Shown: positions 58,959-60,777 of the stretch, piece by piece
How positions within the stretch are numbered: the first letter of the stretch is position 1
Layout of the letters: every line of letters starts with the position of its first letter
DNA from: an uncultured Oscillospiraceae bacterium
GTDB taxonomy: Bacteria > Bacillota > Clostridia > Oscillospirales > Oscillospiraceae
NCBI GenBank assembly: GCA_964617595.1
Contig: CAZTYB010000001.1
Span: 1-60,777 of the forward strand
Length of the DNA: 60,777 nucleotides
Direction of reading: 5' to 3'
Translations under genes and position numbers: made by a program
Notes under the pieces: model-generated
Database searches by the model: none
Told to the model about the DNA's origin: nothing
What the model saw: the letters and a program-made list of their open reading frames with translations, nothing else

Positions 58959-60645
58959 ATGAACCAAACAAATAATCATAAGAAATCTTTCTTTCTTTCT
59001 TTCTTTCTTTCTAGTGATCACCATGATCCTGGCGCTGCTGCCTGCGGCCTTTGCGGATGGAGCTACTCCCACCGGTACCCTGACCATCAAGGGGCAGAAT
59101 GGGGGCAAACTGGACGGCTCCCGCTACTTTAAAATTCTCCAGGTATTCCTTTGCGACGTTACGACGGATGGCAACACCCAGACGTTGACCAATATCACTT
59201 TCGGTGACTGCTGGGGGAGCAATGAGCGTGGATATTGGGATGGCAGCGATTATGTTGAATTCACCCCCTCCGGCGCAGTCCCGGAAGGGCTCCTGAATTA
59301 CCTGAAGACTTCTAGTCTGGGGATAGCAGCTACGCTTGAGAACTTAGTGGGTTCCGGTGCTAACCCTGTGACACCCAGCTTTGATGAGTCCAACGGATGG
59401 TACGTGGCCTCCGGTTTGCCCAGTGGCTATTACCTGGTTCGGGAAGAGACGGAGGAATTGCCGGGCAGTGAGGTGCGCAGCGTTCCCATGAGTATCGTCG
59501 TCGGTGAAAGTGGCGCAACGCTCAATCTGAAAAACGGCACTATCACTTCCCAGAAAAAGGTGAAGGACACCAATGACTCCACCGGTGCAACTTCCGACTG
59601 GCAGGATTCCGCCGACTATGATGTGGGCGATACCGTTCCATTCCAGCTGAAAGCAACACTGCCGGAAAATTTCGACCTGATGACCGGTTTCCTGACCGTG
59701 AGATTCCATGACCAGCAGGAAGAGGGTCTGCGCTTTAACCCCGAAAGCGTAAAGGTCTATTACCAGTTGAAAGGCAAAGAGCCCAAACTGATCGATCCGA
59801 GTGACTATACACTCGCAACAGAGGCGGAAGCCAAGGTGGATGAGGATTGCACTTTCGAAATCGTTTTTTGGAATATCAGAATGGTCGATAGCCCGGATGC
59901 AAACAAAGACCTCCCTGGCCCCATTGATAAAGACACTGTGATCATTGTGGAATATACCTCCACATTGACGGACGACGCCGTTGGAGCCGGAGGCGTGAAA
60001 AATACGAGCTGGGTATCCTTCAACAGTGACAAATTCAGTGGAAAAACGCCGAAAGATACGGTGGTCGTCTTCACCTATCAGGTGGAGGTGAAGAAAGTCC
60101 GCCCGGGCTCTGCCTCCGGCGTTGATATGCAGGTTGAACTGGCCGGCGCCGGATTTACGCTGTATAAGCAGGTGCCCAGCACCACGGAGGGCGCTCAGAG
60201 CGGCGAAGCAATTAAAAAGACTTTTGCCTCCAATATCAAGGCAGGTGCCCTGGAGAATGGGGAGAGCTATATCACGGTTGGTTCCTACAAAGCCGATGCA
60301 TATAAGAGCACTTTCAATTTCAAGGGCATTGACGACGGCATCTATGTCCTTGTAGAGACCACCGTCCCGGCGGGATACAATGCATGGGATGCTGTGGAAT
60401 TTACGGTTGATGCAACCCATTCTGACGGAGATGCCCCCGCCCTGACCGAATTGACCGGCGGTGACCTTTTCAGTGGGAGTGTCAGCCTCGGCAATGGAAT
60501 GCTTTCTACCAAAATTGAGAACCGGGCCGGTAGCCCCCTGCCCGCCACCGGCGGCATGGGTACCACTTGTTTCTATATTGTCGGTACCGTCCTGGCTCTG
60601 GGCGCCGCCATTGCGCTCATCGCCAAGAAGCGCGCCAGCTGCTAA
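58959..60645 (+). CDS. Sortase-anchored pilin/fimbrial subunit, frameshifted at a (CTTT)6 tract (probable phase-OFF state)
   Basis: WQDSADYDVGD D2-type domain, E-box YVLVET, LPATG + TM + KKR; ATG 58959 with RBS AGAAAGGA is out of frame with the main ORF (59014-60645). Confidence 0.85.
58987..59010 (+). repeat. (CTTT)6 simple sequence repeat in the signal-peptide coding region
   Basis: Direct reading: AAAT-(CTTT)6-CTAGTG. Confidence 0.95.
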
Positions 60646-60656
60646 TATTTTTCCAT

Positions 60657-60777
60657 CGTAGGGGCACCCGTCCCCGGGTGTCCGCCGCCCGGGTGCGTTG
60701 GATGCTTAAGGCGACCGTGACTGAGGAAGGCTCCCTTGTGTAAAGGGAGCTGTCGGCCGAGCAGGCCGACTGAGACC
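60657..60777 (+). repeat. Direct repeat of 58405-58522, copy 8, truncated by the window end
   Basis: 118 nt with 5 mismatches by manual comparison. Confidence 0.92.

Noticed and set aside
9638..60777. Repeats as a CRISPR array or integron attC sites
   Set aside because: Dispersed rather than tandem, no regular spacers, no cas or integrase gene, no RYYYAAC/GTTRRRY boxes.

Overview
A GC-rich chromosomal stretch, probably from a gut or rumen clostridium (Oscillospiraceae-like; inferred from gene content). It carries an arabinogalactan-type glycan utilisation locus (GH2, GH51, GH30, AraC/LacI regulators, sugar ABC transporter) and T-box-controlled Met and Trp ABC transporters. It also has a monomeric [FeFe]-hydrogenase plus FmdE-like gene under a cobalamin-type riboswitch, trkAH, c-di-GMP signalling genes, a ymdB-yhaO-yhaN-like operon, an MBOAT/DHHW O-acylation cluster, two paralogous membrane-anchored LRR proteins, an orphan ParB-family gene, purC-purA-purB and an LPXTG pilin. 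The most unusual signals are non-coding. (1) At least 8 intergenic copies of a nested 'Russian-doll' family of palindromic REP/MITE-like modules show compensatory covariation, a middle layer found in both orientations and a precise 24-nt sub-insert. (2) The pilin gene is frameshifted by a (CTTT)6 tract in its signal peptide and sits between ~118-bp direct repeats of that family. (3) The B12-like riboswitch has a readable kissing-loop/terminator switch in front of the hydrogenase. I saw no transposase, CRISPR array, tRNA or rRNA. All calls come from reading the sequence; no searches were run.
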